Of a stretch of 64,000 nt of DNA, positions 39,399 to 56,523 are shown in pieces. Under the pieces are notes generated by a model. The model worked only from the letters and a program-made list of their open reading frames with translations. It was not told the origin of the DNA and did no database searches. The position numbers and the translations under genes are program-made. Within the stretch, counting starts at the first letter, position 1. Each line of letters starts with the position of its first letter. The stretch lies in NCBI RefSeq assembly GCF_009914755.1, contig NC_060934.1; one strand, given 5' to 3'. Origin of the DNA: the human T2T-CHM13v2.0 reference genome, Homo sapiens.

Positions 39399-40879
39399 GG
39401 GAGCCACTGTATTAGGTATTAGTATTAGTGTAGGTATTAAGTATTAGTGTAGACTCTGTGCTAACAGCTGGGAATATGACAGTAACAATCCGGGTTCCTA
39501 CCCTGCCCTTTGGGGCTTACAGTATGGGGTTTGCTTGGTGACTCTGAAAGTCCATGGCCCAGTGCTCCCCAGTTCTCTTTCAAAACCAAAGCCCTGAACC
39601 ACCCTACATCACAAAGGGGCTAAATGGGAAGGTGGAGCATTTTTCTAACCAGAGCTTAATTTTTCAAATAGACTGGAAGAAAAGTTTCTACATGCACTCA
39701 CTGCATGTTTGACATACCCCTCCTGGTTAATATTCATAGAACCTTGAAGGAATCCCTGTTAATACCCAGATTTGAAATCTCAGAGCCAAGTGCTACAGCC
39801 TTGGGGCCTGATTTGCATCCATGAATATGCAGCAGCACGAGCCCTTTGCTTGGGATTTCTGCCCTATGATGGGTGTCACTGGTAAGTGTATGGCTGTGCA
39901 TTTTCTCTTTCTGAACTGAATGTCCAACTCAGGAAATGAAATCTGAGCTGTACAGCAGAGGATAACTCCCTTTTCTATTTTCTTTCTACAGCAAAAACTC
40001 ACTCTGGCTTCAGCAGCCCCTAAAATGTTTTCACTTTTGTATAAATTCTGGGAGAGATGATGTGATTTTTTATGGCTTCCTCCAGCCCTAAGGTTTGAGG
40101 GATGGTGAGTAAGCCATTTAACTGCAGTCAAGTGTTCTACTAATATACCACTTAGACCCCAACAAACAAATAAGCAAACAAATAAAAATAAGCAATCACT
40201 GCCATGTATGATGATCTTCAAAATGTAGGCAAATAGCTCATTTCCAGAAACTTATGATTTGATATTTTCAAATCATACTATTTTCACGTGATTGGCACTT
40301 ACCATGTAGATAAGAAGCCTTTGGAATAGACTCAGAAAAAAATTTAGAGACTCATTTTGTCTTTTGTTAAGAAAGACACCTCTCATTTTCTATAAATGAA
40401 CAGCAGGGGAAATGGGTCTTGAGTCCTACTGGAATCACCACCGTTATGCACATGTTCACTATCTATCTTTATCTCCTTCATGTATTCCTTTGATGGGGCC
40501 AAAATGATCTCAAGAGGGTAATGGGTGCCTCCTTTGAGGAAGTAGTAAGAATTATGGCCCAGGTGGACTTGATGCTATCTAAACTCCATCTCCATTGGCA
40601 GGAGGTGAAGCAGCACCTCCTTCCAGACACTCGGTCTCAGAGTGTCATCAGGCCACTGAGGTAGCGGCTGGTCAGTTGGGTTCATTGGGCATAATGTCTC
40701 AGTTTTTTGAAATACTTGAACGAGATTCACAGGCAGTAATGCATAGCTTTAAAAATGCCAGAGTACCTTAAAAAAGATAGTATGCCATTTGGTAAAAAGC
40801 AGGATCACTGCTGTTGAACTAGATGAGTAAAGACTCAATCCAAAGTTGGTCTACACAAAGGGAAGGGAACCAGCATTCA

Positions 40880-41090
40880 CAGAGTACCCACTGTTGACAA
40901 ATGTTATCTTAAATTCAGCCAAATGCCTCAGAAGATATTTGTCATTATTCTCATTTCACAGTCCACAAAACTGAGACTCTGAGGGGTTAGGTGAGTTGCT
41001 GAGACTACAGGGTCTGTATATTGAAGATGCTGAACTCGAAGACAGCTATGCTTTTCATGTCTGGGTTCCTTCTATCCTACTGTGGTGGCA
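40880..41090 (-). mobile_element. MIR
   Basis: attattctcatttcacagtccacaaaactgagactctgaggggttaggtgagttgc. Confidence 0.8.
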
Positions 41091-41947
41091 TAAGAGATGT
41101 ACACCTTGGCCTTGGCTCTGTTTCTAAATGGCCAATGGCATAGGCTTTTAGTCTGTACATTCTCTGCCACTGGGTTCTTCTGTGAGGAAATGAGTTGTTT
41201 AGATTAGGTAACTTCTGTGTTTCTTAAAGTAATAAGGTCCTCATCCTGTGACCTAAGGGGTCAGTGTGGTAGGTGTTCAGCAGAGGAGTAGAAATCAGAC
41301 CTGAAAGCTAGGCAGATTGAAAGAATTACATTGAGATAATAATTCCAGTTTTCTTTAGAAGAGTGATTAACTCCAAAAACAACAAATGGGGAGGCTCACA
41401 AAAGCCTGCCCCAAAGCTAAACTGGCTTAGATTTGGCTATAGACATCAAAGAATAGGATGTAGCGTTTCAAGTCTGTGTGCGTGTGTTGGGGCTGCAGGC
41501 TCTTCAGACACCCTGTGACTGACAGGCCCATCCCCCAAGGAGACTGAGATGAACTATAGTCCTGGTCTCAGAGCCATGATTAGCAATACCATCCCCCACT
41601 GGCTTAGACAAGCAATTCTAACATTGCTGGTCCTCAATTTCTCGAAGTTTAAATCAGCATGGTGCCTATGTTCTCATTTAGATCACATGAAATGGTGAAA
41701 ATCAGATGTAAAATTGCCTCAAGAGGATAAAATGATCTGAAACATTGCCACAACTTTAAGAGAAAGTATTTACAATATAAGATATTAAGTAGAAATTACA
41801 TACCATTTATTTTGATAATGTATGCCTTTTCGTATTACTGGTCTGTGTAACGTTTTTAATGCAAACACAAACACACTAACACACACCAGAGAACAAATTA
41901 TATATACATATGGGTTTTTTTTTTTTCAAATTTTGGCATAACATACC

Positions 41948-42323
41948 TGATATGGTTAGGCTTTGTGTCCCCACCCAAATCTCATCTTGAATTGTAATCC
42001 CCAGGTGTTGAGGGAGGGACCTGTTGGGAGGAAGTGACTGGATTATGGGGGCGGTTTCCCCCATGCTGTCCTCATGATACTGAGTGAACTCTCATGAGAT
42101 CTGATGGTTTTATAAATGGTAGTTTTTCCTGTGCCCTCGCTCACTTCTCTCCTGCCACCTTGTAAAGAAGGTGTCTGCTTCCCCTTCTACCATGATTATG
42201 TTTCCTGAGGCCTCCCCAGCCCAGCAGAACTATCAGTTAATTAAACCTCTTTCCTTTATAAATTACCCAGTCTCAGGTAGTATCTTTATAGCAGTGTGAA
42301 AATGGACTAATGCGACTAATGCA
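41948..42323 (+). mobile_element. THE1D/MSTA-like solo LTR
   Basis: TGATATGG start, exact 5-bp TSD ATACC (41943-41947, 42324-42328) and a 9-bp duplication GACTAATGC at its 3' end. Confidence 0.93.
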
Positions 42324-42344
42324 ATACCTGAGTAAAAAACACCT

Positions 42345-42495
42345 AGTAAACTTATTTTAAAAATCAGATTCCCAGGCTCCACTCAGAGCTACTGAAATTA
42401 AATCAGAATTTGATGGTGAAAAGTTTATAGGAAGCTGCATTTCCAACTCATTTCCCAAGTATTCTTTGGTCTCCAGACTATATTGTGAGAAAACT
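42345..42495. mobile_element. MER5-type hAT DNA transposon fragment
   Basis: cagattcccaggctccactcagagctactgaa...ctgcatttccaac...ttcccaagtattct. Confidence 0.65.
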
Positions 42496-44894
42496 CAATA
42501 TCTCTGACTATACATATTGAAATTCTCAGGCATAATTTGCTACTGTTGGTGTTTCTACTTAATCTGAGCCCTCAGGAAAACTCTGAGACCTGTCCTGTGA
42601 GGATTCAAAGATGCTGCCCTTGTGCTAGAATACAGGTTTATTGCAAACAATTGGCATTTATGTAGCTTTCAGACAGTTTGGGTAGGGAGACATGGTGGAA
42701 AATAGGAATTGAATACAGAATTCGTATGGGTTCTTTTCTTCCTCTGGTTCTCATTAAGGGTAAAGCTATTTCTTCATCTGAGAATGACAACCCAAAATGA
42801 CTCCTAAAAATTTGAAAAGCACAAACCAAATTGGCTCAGTTTCCCTCCTCATCCCTACTTTCATATCTAACAAATGAAATATCCTCTCCCACCTTCTGCT
42901 GCAATCAGCATCAATGAGGCAAAGAATAATTTGAATGCATCTGATCAAAGTTTCCAGTATTTTTCCCAACACAATTTATTGGGCTTAACTAAGGGTAGGC
43001 ATGAGAAGGGTCTTGCTTCCATGCATACCCGGAGCAGGAGTCCAGCAAAGTTAATCCAGGAGCTCCAACACATGGCCCAGTGAAAGCTTCCTCATCACTC
43101 TGTGTCTACAGAACCAAAACTGGCTCAGGAGGTGAGAACAAATCATTTGGTTTGTAATCCTTTCCAATACAACTGACCCTCCCTAGAAGCAATAGCGAAA
43201 TAAAATATTTAAGAACAAGAACTCTGGAATCAGACTTACTGGGACCAATTCCCAGCTAGACCAATCATTTACTCCTCTGAAAAATAGAAAAAAAAGTTCA
43301 GCAAATGCTCGATAGTTTTTATAAATTGTAATTTGAATGACTTTGATAAGAAAACTGCTGGACAACCTTTATTATTTGTTTAGCTTAGTTGTCTTAAAGG
43401 GAGAGGGTGACACTTCCATGAGTTTTGTGGAAGTGTACCTTTTTTTTTTCTTCTAGGACTAGTCACCTTAAATGAAGGCTTAAATCAATGAGTGATGACT
43501 CTGTGAGTATAGATATTGTCCCTATGTGAATAAGTATTTTTTTCTTTTGAAATATACATCCAATAAAGTATCGTCACTGATATGACAAGTTCCCTTAATG
43601 ATATCAGGCACTAAATGAATGACTTAAGGCTTACATATGTAGTGCATGAAATGTGTACCAACCTTTGCATTAGAGTGTACTAATCCAGGAAAGATGTTTC
43701 CTTGACACTAACCCATTTTGATTTGTATTAACAACTTCTATTGGGTAGATACCATCACCCACTTTTATGGGTGAGAAAATGAAGTTTAGGGAGATAAAAT
43801 AAGGTCATTTACTAACAGAGTTGACATTTCCATGATTCTTCTACACAAGCGCATGCTCTGTGTAAAACACGAGGGTTAGATTTCACAACTCCTCAAATCC
43901 CTTTCAGAGCTAAATTCTGAGACTCAGTGATATTGTGGACCAAAATATGACCCACCCCCATATCATATCAATTTTATGCATTTAGTTTCTGATATAAAAT
44001 GATTATTCTGGGATCCTAGTCTACAAACATTAGCCTTGTTTTATGGTACCACCCATCCTATCTTTACCTTCAATTCTCTTCAATCTTTCACATATGTCAG
44101 TCATTGTTGAGCACTCTCTTTTTTAAGGCCCTAATGATGCTCAAGAATAAATCTGATTTCTGTATACCCTGACTTGAAAGAACCACAATCTGGTCCCACA
44201 GTTTTTGCCTTCTGATGAAATTCAAAACTTTCTATCAAAATACCACCATGAAATTGGCCCATAATATCATTTAATAAGTTATTTCTTTTGACTTTTCTTC
44301 TTTATTTTTGACCTTGAATACACAGGCTGATATGCTGTGTGAATTTCAGGATGCTAAACCAAGAAGTATAATCCTCAGGGAACAGAACTTTTGTCACAAT
44401 AACATAGTCAATTTAGAAATTTTCCTTCACTGTCCTCCATTGCCTTATGTTCTTCAATGATGGGCTATTTGATTGAATATCCTTTTCTGACAGATTTCCT
44501 CAACCTTACCCATAAAACAAAGCACTCATACCCAATGACATTCCATGATATATTACACCATAAAAAAATGAAAAAATAAAATGTTCTACGTATCATAGAG
44601 AGTTTTTCATTTAGTTATTATTTTAGATATGCAGGTTTGTCAGCTCTCACTAGCTGAATCATTAGTTCCAGATCATTACTACACATTACTAGAACAATGG
44701 CTATAAAAAGACAATAGGCATAAGCATGACAAGGGTAAGAAAAGATATGATTATTTGTACCTACTTGTAATATACCATTCTAACGTCATATTTTTTTCTT
44801 CTTCAACCAATGAAAAGTTGATACATATTTAATACAAATTTTATTTTGTTTTATTTTTAATCATACTTATTTCTACTTCCTTTTAAATTGCTCA

Positions 44895-45885
44895 TCTGGA
44901 TTCCAGTGACAGCCATGACAGAGCAACAGACGGCAGATCTAACCTCTTTCTTTAAATAACTACAAAGCCAGACCAACTATGAAGAAACTGTTTTTAGATG
45001 TTGAGTAAGATAAAGCATAGGACTCTGATCCATGAGCAAAGGAAAGAAATGAGGTGAGCTCTATATTTTCCATGACTTAAGACACTTTCCATACAGAGAA
45101 GTGAGTGCCAAACATAGAGCTTCCCTTCATTCCTTTTGGTCTCAATGAATGGAAGAAACAGAAATGATGTATGGAGCTGCTGTGGCTATTTGCATTTTGT
45201 GGGCAAGGTTACATAGACAAGGAACCTTAATTGCCAAAGACCTTGAGAAACTTAAATAAGAGTTCCCTTGAGACTTTGACCTAGTAATTAGCTGCATATG
45301 TGCAAGTGAGAACCAAGGAAGCCTGGCAGAATAAAAAAGCTACTTTGGACTGAGAGACAGTACACTGTTGAGAGATATTGGCATTCAGAGTAGATCAATC
45401 TTACTTCCCATCCCAATAAATATGTTAAAAATCCAATAAGCCAGACCTTAAAGAGCAGGGCTACTCTAGCTCTAGGTAAGGACTATTTAGCTCCAACATT
45501 ATAAAGCCTAAGACCAAGCTTAGATAGAGCAAGCTGATCTGTCAAAATTTAAATAACTGCAAGAAAAAACACTTCTTAATAGAAGACAGCAAGCAGACTC
45601 TCAGCAATGCAACATCCACAATTTCCAACATAAATTAAAAAATGATAAAGCAATAAAGTGCGACACATAAACCAAGAGAAATGACAATAAGGATAAAAAT
45701 GCTCAAAGATGATCTAGACATTGGAATTAGCAGATAAGAAGTTTAAAATAGCTATCACTAGTATGTTAAAAAAGTTAAAGGAAAATAAGATCATTATGTG
45801 TAATCATATGTGAAAACTCAGGAGATAAAAGGAAGCTATTAAAATAGAGAAACCAATGACTAAATACCGAGATATCTGAGATGAT
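44895..45885 (+). mobile_element. Old L1M 5' region/ORF1 start
   Basis: gatgatctagacattggaattagcagataagaagtttaaaatagctat resembles the L1M ORF1 N-terminal region. Confidence 0.6.
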
Positions 45886-48800
45886 ATATTTATTTTGTCT
45901 GGCATTTGAGTGCAGTGTTCTATAAACATTAATTAGTTAAAAGTAGTTGACAGTATTGCTCAGATTATCTATGTCTGTTTTTTTTTCTTTTTGGTCTAGT
46001 TATTATGTATATAACTGAAAGTCAGATAAAAATTTCATTTGAGATTGTAAATGTTTATTTTTCCTTTAAATCTGTCAGCTTTTGCCTCATATAATTTTGC
46101 TATTAAGCACATGTACATTTATGATTTTATTCCTAATTCATACTTTGACATTATGAAATAGCTCTGCTAGTATTTCTTTGTTTTGAAGACTGTTTTATTT
46201 GCTATTAATATAGGTTCTTCAGATGTATTTTGATTATCATTTATATGGTATAATATTCTATTTTCAGCCTATTTGTGTCTGAATATTTAAAGATATCCCT
46301 AATAGACAAGACAGAGTTGGTTCTTTTCCATCATTCTAATAATCTCTGTGATATTTATGGATTGCATATGCTATTCCACTTAATGCAGTATGTATGAATA
46401 TTGCTCGATTTACTGTTTTCTTATTGTCACCTTTATTGTTTCTTATCTTTCCTTATTATTCCTTTCTTACCTCTTTTGTATTACTTGAAAAAGTGTTAGA
46501 ATTTCATTTTAATTTGTCTGATGATTTTTATTCATGTCCATTTGTACTCTTTTTAAAGATAAGTTTCTCTGGGACATACAAAAAGTATTTTTAAGTCTTC
46601 ACAGATTTCTGAGTCAATATTGTACCACCTCATGTAAAATGTGGAAACTGTGCAACCCCATAGATCCTTTAACTCTCCAATCTTTCTCATCTTACAGATG
46701 TGATAAACATCCAAGTCAATGTTATAACATGTTTTAACATTCTATATATTCTACAGTAGTAAGAGAAGTAAATATATTCTGTTGTATTTACCATACCAAA
46801 TTGTCTTCATTTATTTTCTAAAGAACTGAGTCATCCTCTGGTTTTGTGACTCTTGCTCCTTAACTAAACTATGCTTTACTGTACGGCAGATATGATGGTC
46901 TGAGAGTACAAAAAACAAACCCAAAGTGTTTTATTCTCTCATACCACTACAACCAACACAGAAGACTTCTGTGACCAGATGTGTGGTCACACATCAAGCA
47001 AGCAATCAGTTCTGCACGGGGCACCAGCTTGATGTCCTCGAATGCAGTTCAATTCTGACACTATCTACCCAAAGGTAGTATCAGATCCTACAGGTTGAGG
47101 GCTTAGCCCCCAAGACTGCCCACCAGCCCCTTCAGATGCCAGTCACAAGCTCCAGGTTGTTTTATCTTTCTTTCTCTGACCGGCTGGCTATAAACTGGGA
47201 GTTCCATGACCTCTTCACAAAAACACACCCCCTGCTTCATGTAATTAGGTTCAATTAAGTTACTAGAGTGGCTCAAAGTATTCAAGGATATACTTAAATT
47301 TACAAGTTTATTTTAAAGGACATTACAAAGGATACATATGAGAAATGCACAGTGCAAGGTGTGGAAGAAGGAGTGTGGAGCTTCCATGCTCTCTCTGGCT
47401 ATGCCATCCTCAAGGATCCTTCATGTGTTCAGCTGTCCTGGAGGCTCTTTGAACCCTGTCCTTATGGTTTTTTTATGACGGTGTCATTAAGTATGATTGA
47501 TTAAACCATTATCTATTGATAATCAACTTAATCTTCATCCCCTCTTCCCTCCCTGGAGGTTCAGGAGTGGGGCAGAAAGTCTAAGCCCTCTAATCGTCCC
47601 TTCTTTCTAGTGACCAACCCCCATTCTGAAGCTACCTAGGGGCTGCCAGACATCATTAAACTCATCAGAGAACAAAAGACATTACTTTGGGGCATCTAAG
47701 GATTTAAGAAATTGTATGCCAGGAAACAGGATCAAAGACCAAATATATATTTCACAATATAACAGCTGGATAAAAATTACCAAAGAAATATATGTATTTC
47801 ATTCTTATTTTTGCCAGATATACCAATATGACAATATCTACTGTCTCCCTACAAACACGTGCATGCATGCACATGTGAGCACACACACACACACTACTTT
47901 CAAGTGACTGTTGCATCATTACCTGGACTCTATAGTTTCTAATGAGAGGTTTTAAAACATTTTTCAAATCATTGTTTATCACTGTGTATCATTTTTATCT
48001 GGCTGTTTTCAAGATTTTGCTTGTTTTTCAGCAGATCTACCATGATGTTTTGGTGAATCTATAAATTTATGTTTCTGCAATTTGTGATGTTTTCAGATAT
48101 TTCTTTGGATACATTTTACTTATTTTTCTCACTCTTCCTCAGGGATTCAAATCACATATATGTTAAATAATTTGATATTTTCTTATATGATTGTAAGTCT
48201 TTGACTTTTATGGATTATTTTTATTTCCTTTCATATTTGTGTCATTGGATAATTTCTATTGTTTCATGATCTTGATTTTTGACTTTTTCATGTCCTTTAT
48301 GAAATTAAACAAGTCTTTAAGCCTTAATTTCATATTGCTAAATTTTTCAATTCTAAATGTTATTGGGCTCTTTTACGCACTTTCTGTTTGCTGATTTTCC
48401 TTACTTTTCATCTATTAAAATAATATTGTCTTTAATTTCACTGAATATACTTATAATAACATTTTATAAAATCCTTGCTGGCTAATTCCAACATCTCTGT
48501 CATCTTAAGGTCACTATATACTGATAATCTTTCGTTTTGAGAATGGGGCACATTTTTCTCTTTCTTCACATGTAGAGTAATTTTATCACATTATACACAT
48601 TGTGAATGTTATACGTTTATTATTTTAAGTGTCTTTAAATGGAATGTGTGTGTGTATAACACACAATAAGTCAGTTAGACTGAACCTCAAAATGTCTTTG
48701 GGGTAGCTAAAATCTCAGCTAAGTTTTTATCCGTAGCTTGGCTATTTGCAGTTCGCTACACATTTGCATGTTTCAGAAATGGAGATTTAGGCAATAGTTT

Positions 48801-49060
48801 TTGTTCTTTCTCTGGTTGTCTTGTCCCTGGGATTCTCCCCTCATTTTCTAGTGGTTGTAAGCTAAGGTTGTTCCAAATTCTTCCCCTGGTTCTTCAGGCC
48901 AGAGAAATTTCAGGAATTGTATTGAAGTTTTAGCTGATCCTCTCACATGAATCATGACCCACCTTTAGGTTAAAAGATATAAAAACTGGAAATGCACCAT
49001 ATATTAACACTTTCATTCAAGTGTTGCTCATCTTACTAACCTGCCTTGTTGGGTTGATTT
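45886..49060 (-). mobile_element. Old L1M-type fragments (antisense), interrupted by a MER21-like LTR
   Basis: T-rich antisense L1-like segments (ggataatttctattg..., ctaattccaacatctctgtcatct). Confidence 0.55.
46880..47764 (-). mobile_element. MER21-like solo LTR
   Basis: aattctgacactatctacc...gtatcagatcctacaggttgagggct motif, ends aagaccaaatatatatttcacaatataaca. Confidence 0.8.
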
Positions 49061-49822
49061 TTTTTCTTTTTTTACTTATTTTTAATTTTAAGTTCTGGGA
49101 TACGTGGACAGGATGTGCAGATTTATTACATAGGTAAATATGTGCCCTGGTGGTTTGTTGCACCTATCAGTTGATAATCTACATATTAAGCCCCACATGC
49201 ATTAGCGTTTTAACTTGATGCTCTCCCTGCCCCTGCCCTCCCCAACAGGCCCCAGTGTGTGTTGTTCCCCTCCCTGTGTCCAGGTGTTCTCATTGTTCAG
49301 TTCCCACTTACAAGTGAGAACATGAGTTGTTTGGTTTTCTGTTTTAGTGTTAGTTTGCTGAGGGTAATGGCTTCTAGATCCATCCATGTCTCTGCAAAGG
49401 ACATGATCCCATTCCCTTTTATGGCAAAGGACATGATCCCGTTCCCTTTTATGGCATAGTATTTCATGGTACATATGTACCACATTTCCTTTATCCAGTC
49501 TATCATTGATGGGAATTTAGGTTGATTCCATGTCTTCGCTATTGTGAACAGTGCTGCAGTGAACATTTGCATGCATGTATCCTTACAACAGAATGATTTA
49601 TATTTCTTTGGGTATATACCCAGTAATGGGATTGCTGGGTCAAATGGTATTTCTGGTTCTATATCTTTGAGGAATTGCCACACTGTCTTCCACAATGGTT
49701 GAACTAATTTACATTCCCACCAACAGTGTTAAAAGCATTCCTATTTCTCACAGCCTCGCCAATATTTGTAGTTTCTTGACTTTTTAATAACTGCCATTCT
49801 GATTGACATGAGATGGTATCTC
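49060..49822 (-). mobile_element. 5'-truncated L1PA (PA8-like) 3' end
   Basis: L1PA 3'UTR and ORF2 C-terminus ([25 protein letters not shown]). Contains a 30-bp tandem duplication at 49394-49453. Confidence 0.93.
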
Positions 49823-50456
49823 TATATTGCAATATATAAAATTATGAGCTCTAGACAACTTGGCAATATGTGAATTGTTCCTTTCTCATTCAATGCCTGC
49901 AGTAGAAGTGAGAGCCCTAGATTCATTTTTGAATGACAGCCCAGATGTCATCTATAATTCAAAGGGCCCTGGAATACTCTATTCTCCCAGGAAGGGTATT
50001 ACATCTGCGAAAAATGAAAATAAATAAATTTGAATTCCCAGTTGCTAAATGAAAACGTCATCTGTGAATTTACAGGTCAAAATATCCAACCACAATCAAG
50101 AGTCATGCATAATTCATGATTAAGGCATGACAATTATACATTTCAGCTTGTGGGAGGAGAGGGTGAAGGTGTACAGGTGCTGAACAGGATGTCAAAAGCA
50201 TTCCAGGCAGCCCTCCACTCTCTCCTTCTGGCCACCACAATTAATATACCAGGGTAAACAAAACTGCTTAGAATAGATTTAGATCATTTATTCATAGTTT
50301 TTAAAATTAAATGTTTGTTATAGATTTTTAATGCATTAGTAGTTCAATGTTTTCCTGAGTTTTCCGAAAGAAAAGGTTAGGAAAGAATCTCTTTTGTACT
50401 TCTCTTTCAATCCAATACCCAAGTGCATTCCAGTACTGAGGGAAGGGGATCATTTC

Positions 50457-50644
50457 TTTTTCTTTCTTTCTTCTTCTTCTTTTTTTTTTTTTTTTTGAGA
50501 TGGATTCTCATACTGTTGCCCAAGCTGGAGTCCAGTGGTGCCATCACGACTCACTGCAACCTCCACCTCCTGGGTTCATACGATCCTCCTGCCTCAGCCT
50601 CCTGAGTAGCTGGGATTACAGGTGCACACCAACACACCTAGCTA

Positions 50645-50680
<36 letters not shown>

Positions 50681-50794
50681 TAGACAGGGTTTCACTGTGT
50701 TGGCCAGACTGGTCTCGAACTCCTGACATCATGATCTGCCTCCCTCGGCCTCCCAAAGTGCTGGGATTATAGGCCTGAGCCACTGTGCCTGGCC
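50457..50794 (-). mobile_element. AluS-type with (TA)n in the central linker
   Basis: Complete dimer with TSD AAGGGG(G)ATCATTTC (50443-50456, 50795-50809). Confidence 0.95.
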
Positions 50795-51045
50795 AAGGGG
50801 GATCATTTCAAGCACCTCATTATTACAACATTTTCTAACAATGTCAACAAATATGGTCTTTGGCATAATGCTGCTTAGCTATATGACATATAAAATCATA
50901 CGGCTGAAAAATATAACAAAATTACTAGCTGCTGGCTGGCATTTTTAATACCACAAGAGTGGCTGAGTCCTCTTTCTATATATCTATAAGGTACTACAGA
51001 AGGGAATCAGTTTCACTGGTAACACTTCCCCCAGCAAACACATTC

Positions 51046-51056
51046 TCTCTCTCTGT

Positions 51057-51098
<42 letters not shown>
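51046..51098. repeat. (CT)n-(CA)n microsatellite
   Basis: Directly visible. Confidence 0.95.
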
Positions 51099-51100
<2 letters not shown>

Positions 51101-51205
51101 CAAGGCCTAGAAGCCCTCTTTAAGGTACAAAAATGTCATCGTTGTATCATAGTCTGGAAATAATGACAGATTCCTCAGCAAACCCTGGTGCAGTTACATT
51201 ATTTA

Positions 51206-54324
<3,119 letters not shown>

Positions 54325-54559
54325 CATTATTTATTTTCAGTACCCTCAATTTGTCGTTGAACTGATTTTTATATCACATAATTTTAATTCTTACTTCACT
54401 CATATACACAAATATGGTTAACTTTTTTCCCACTAATTCCAAAGTCTTTCACCAAATTTCTTTATAATTTGCCCCTACGCTTCTTTTCCATGTTAATCTT
54501 TCCTTCCTATCATTCAAAATAACAACCTGAGTTATGAAATATACGCTAATTTGTAGGGC

Positions 54560-54900
54560 TAGATAAATTATTAAACATCTATTCCATAATGAAGTACCAT
54601 GCACTTTTTTAAAAAATAAAAAAGTTCCATATATTATTATGGATTTACCACTGGGATATATTGTTAAATGAAAAACATACAATCAATATGCATGTTTCTG
54701 AAAGTGAGAAAAAAAATGACATCTGCTGAAGAATACAAATAAACTAATAACATTGGTTTCCTCTAGGGAAGAAAGCCTGACAGCTGGAATTTGAGATAAG
54801 TGGCACGTGGCAGAATTTCTACTTTGTAACTTTTGTACCTACTGAATTTTGAACAATAAAAATGCATTATCTATTCAAAAAATAAACATAACTGCATTTA
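54560..54900 (+). mobile_element. L1ME-type 3' end fragment
   Basis: gatatattgttaaatgaaaaa and ttttgtacctactgaattttgaac...attatctattcaaaaaataaa. Confidence 0.6.
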
Positions 54901-56523
54901 ATTAAATATAATTTCAAAAACTGAATTCAATATGAATCATTATGTCCTTGGATTACCATTTTAGAACAATGTTTCTCTTACATGCTAGGAGGATGTCTCA
55001 GGGAGACTCTGAAATTCAAGTCAGAGGATGCTGTGAGGCTCTCAGCCAGGCTAGACAGGAGGGAAGACAAGAGTAGAGAGAAGTAAATAGGAAATGTTCT
55101 TGGGAGCTCACAGTGGGGAACTTCTTCCCTACAACTGGAAAGCATCTGAAAGTTACCCTATAGCCACACCCTCTCTTAATAAAGATCGCTCCCTTCAAAT
55201 AAGAAATAATAAAGATGAAGGCAGTATCAAAAAATTAGTTCAAACTATCCTTTTAAGAGAGAAGAAGGCTCTCTTTATTCTTTCAAATATTCTTTAAGTC
55301 TACTAGAATAGATAGTGAAAAAGAATAACCATTGAAAAGTACATATCAGTATTTAGGAACATTTATATCAATGCCCTTCACTAATGCAGTTTTAAAGACT
55401 TTTTTTTCTTAGTGCCATGATCTTTGTCAATATAAGTGAGGAGAGAGGATGAATGTATGTGAAGATTTCTTTTTAAAGGTGAAAAGAAATGATGATCTGC
55501 AAGGCCTAGGAAAAAAACAAATAATATACTGTGTTAATAATTGTGCCAGCAAATTGACAAAATTCATATCTCTCAGGAAACCTAAGGAGTGGTAATCCTG
55601 ATTTCCCTTCTGCAGGGAGATTTTCTTGAGCTCTTTAATTTTTATGTCCTAGGAAATAATTTATTTCTCACATGTATTGAAATTCTTATAGTTGCAAAGG
55701 GCTATATCAAGATTGAATTAATTATTTCAATGATTAAGGATATGGTTTTCAATTCACTCTACTTAACTACTTCTTACTGGGATTAAAGCCAGGGAGTCAT
55801 TTTAAAGGAATAATGTTGTCTCAACCTTAACATTTTAAAAGAGGAGTGTGATGCTGTTACTTTGTCTTATACAAAATCACAGCCACTTAACCACAGAGAT
55901 ATATTTGAGTTCAAATACCTGCCCCAGAAAATGCCAACTACTGTGGAGAAGAGACAGGGAATGACTTGAATACTTTAACCAGCTGGTAAAACATATGTTG
56001 AAAATAAAAATGGGAAAAATGGTTGAGAACTCACCATGAACTCAACTTTGGGCCTCACATAGTTTATTAGTTTTCATATTCATTTTCTATTTAGTAAATT
56101 ATCATTTTTTCCATAATAAAATCCTTATTTTTGATAACCGTTACAATCTTTGACCTCTTCAAAATGTCTTTACTAGACACACTAAAAAACCTTCTAAGAG
56201 GCCAACCCTGAGCTAATTTCTAAGAAAAAGAGAACTTCTTCATTTCCTCTCCAGTATAGAAAAGACAAATATCATCAGCGTTCTGCATAGTAGAACCAGT
56301 CTATAGATGCCTGATTACTCTCTGAAAGACTCCACACTTCAGATCAGCCACATGAAGCACATATGATGATACCAATTACTACAGATCCTGGAAGATAAGA
56401 TAGGGTGAGGGCAATCGGACACTTTTCCTGAATTCTCATAGGGTGACTGGGAGGTTACTGTGGCTCTTGTCTGCTATTACTCACTTACAGGAGCATTTGG
56501 AGAAACTATGCATGACATTGCAC

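Noticed and set aside
39793-40221. 142-aa minus-strand ORF (also 131 aa at 34403-34798)
   Set aside because: Non-ATG starts, no recognisable domain, and lengths within chance expectation for 64 kb.
49394-49453. 30-bp tandem duplications in L1 (also 8791-8848)
   Set aside because: Ordinary slippage duplications with no further structure.
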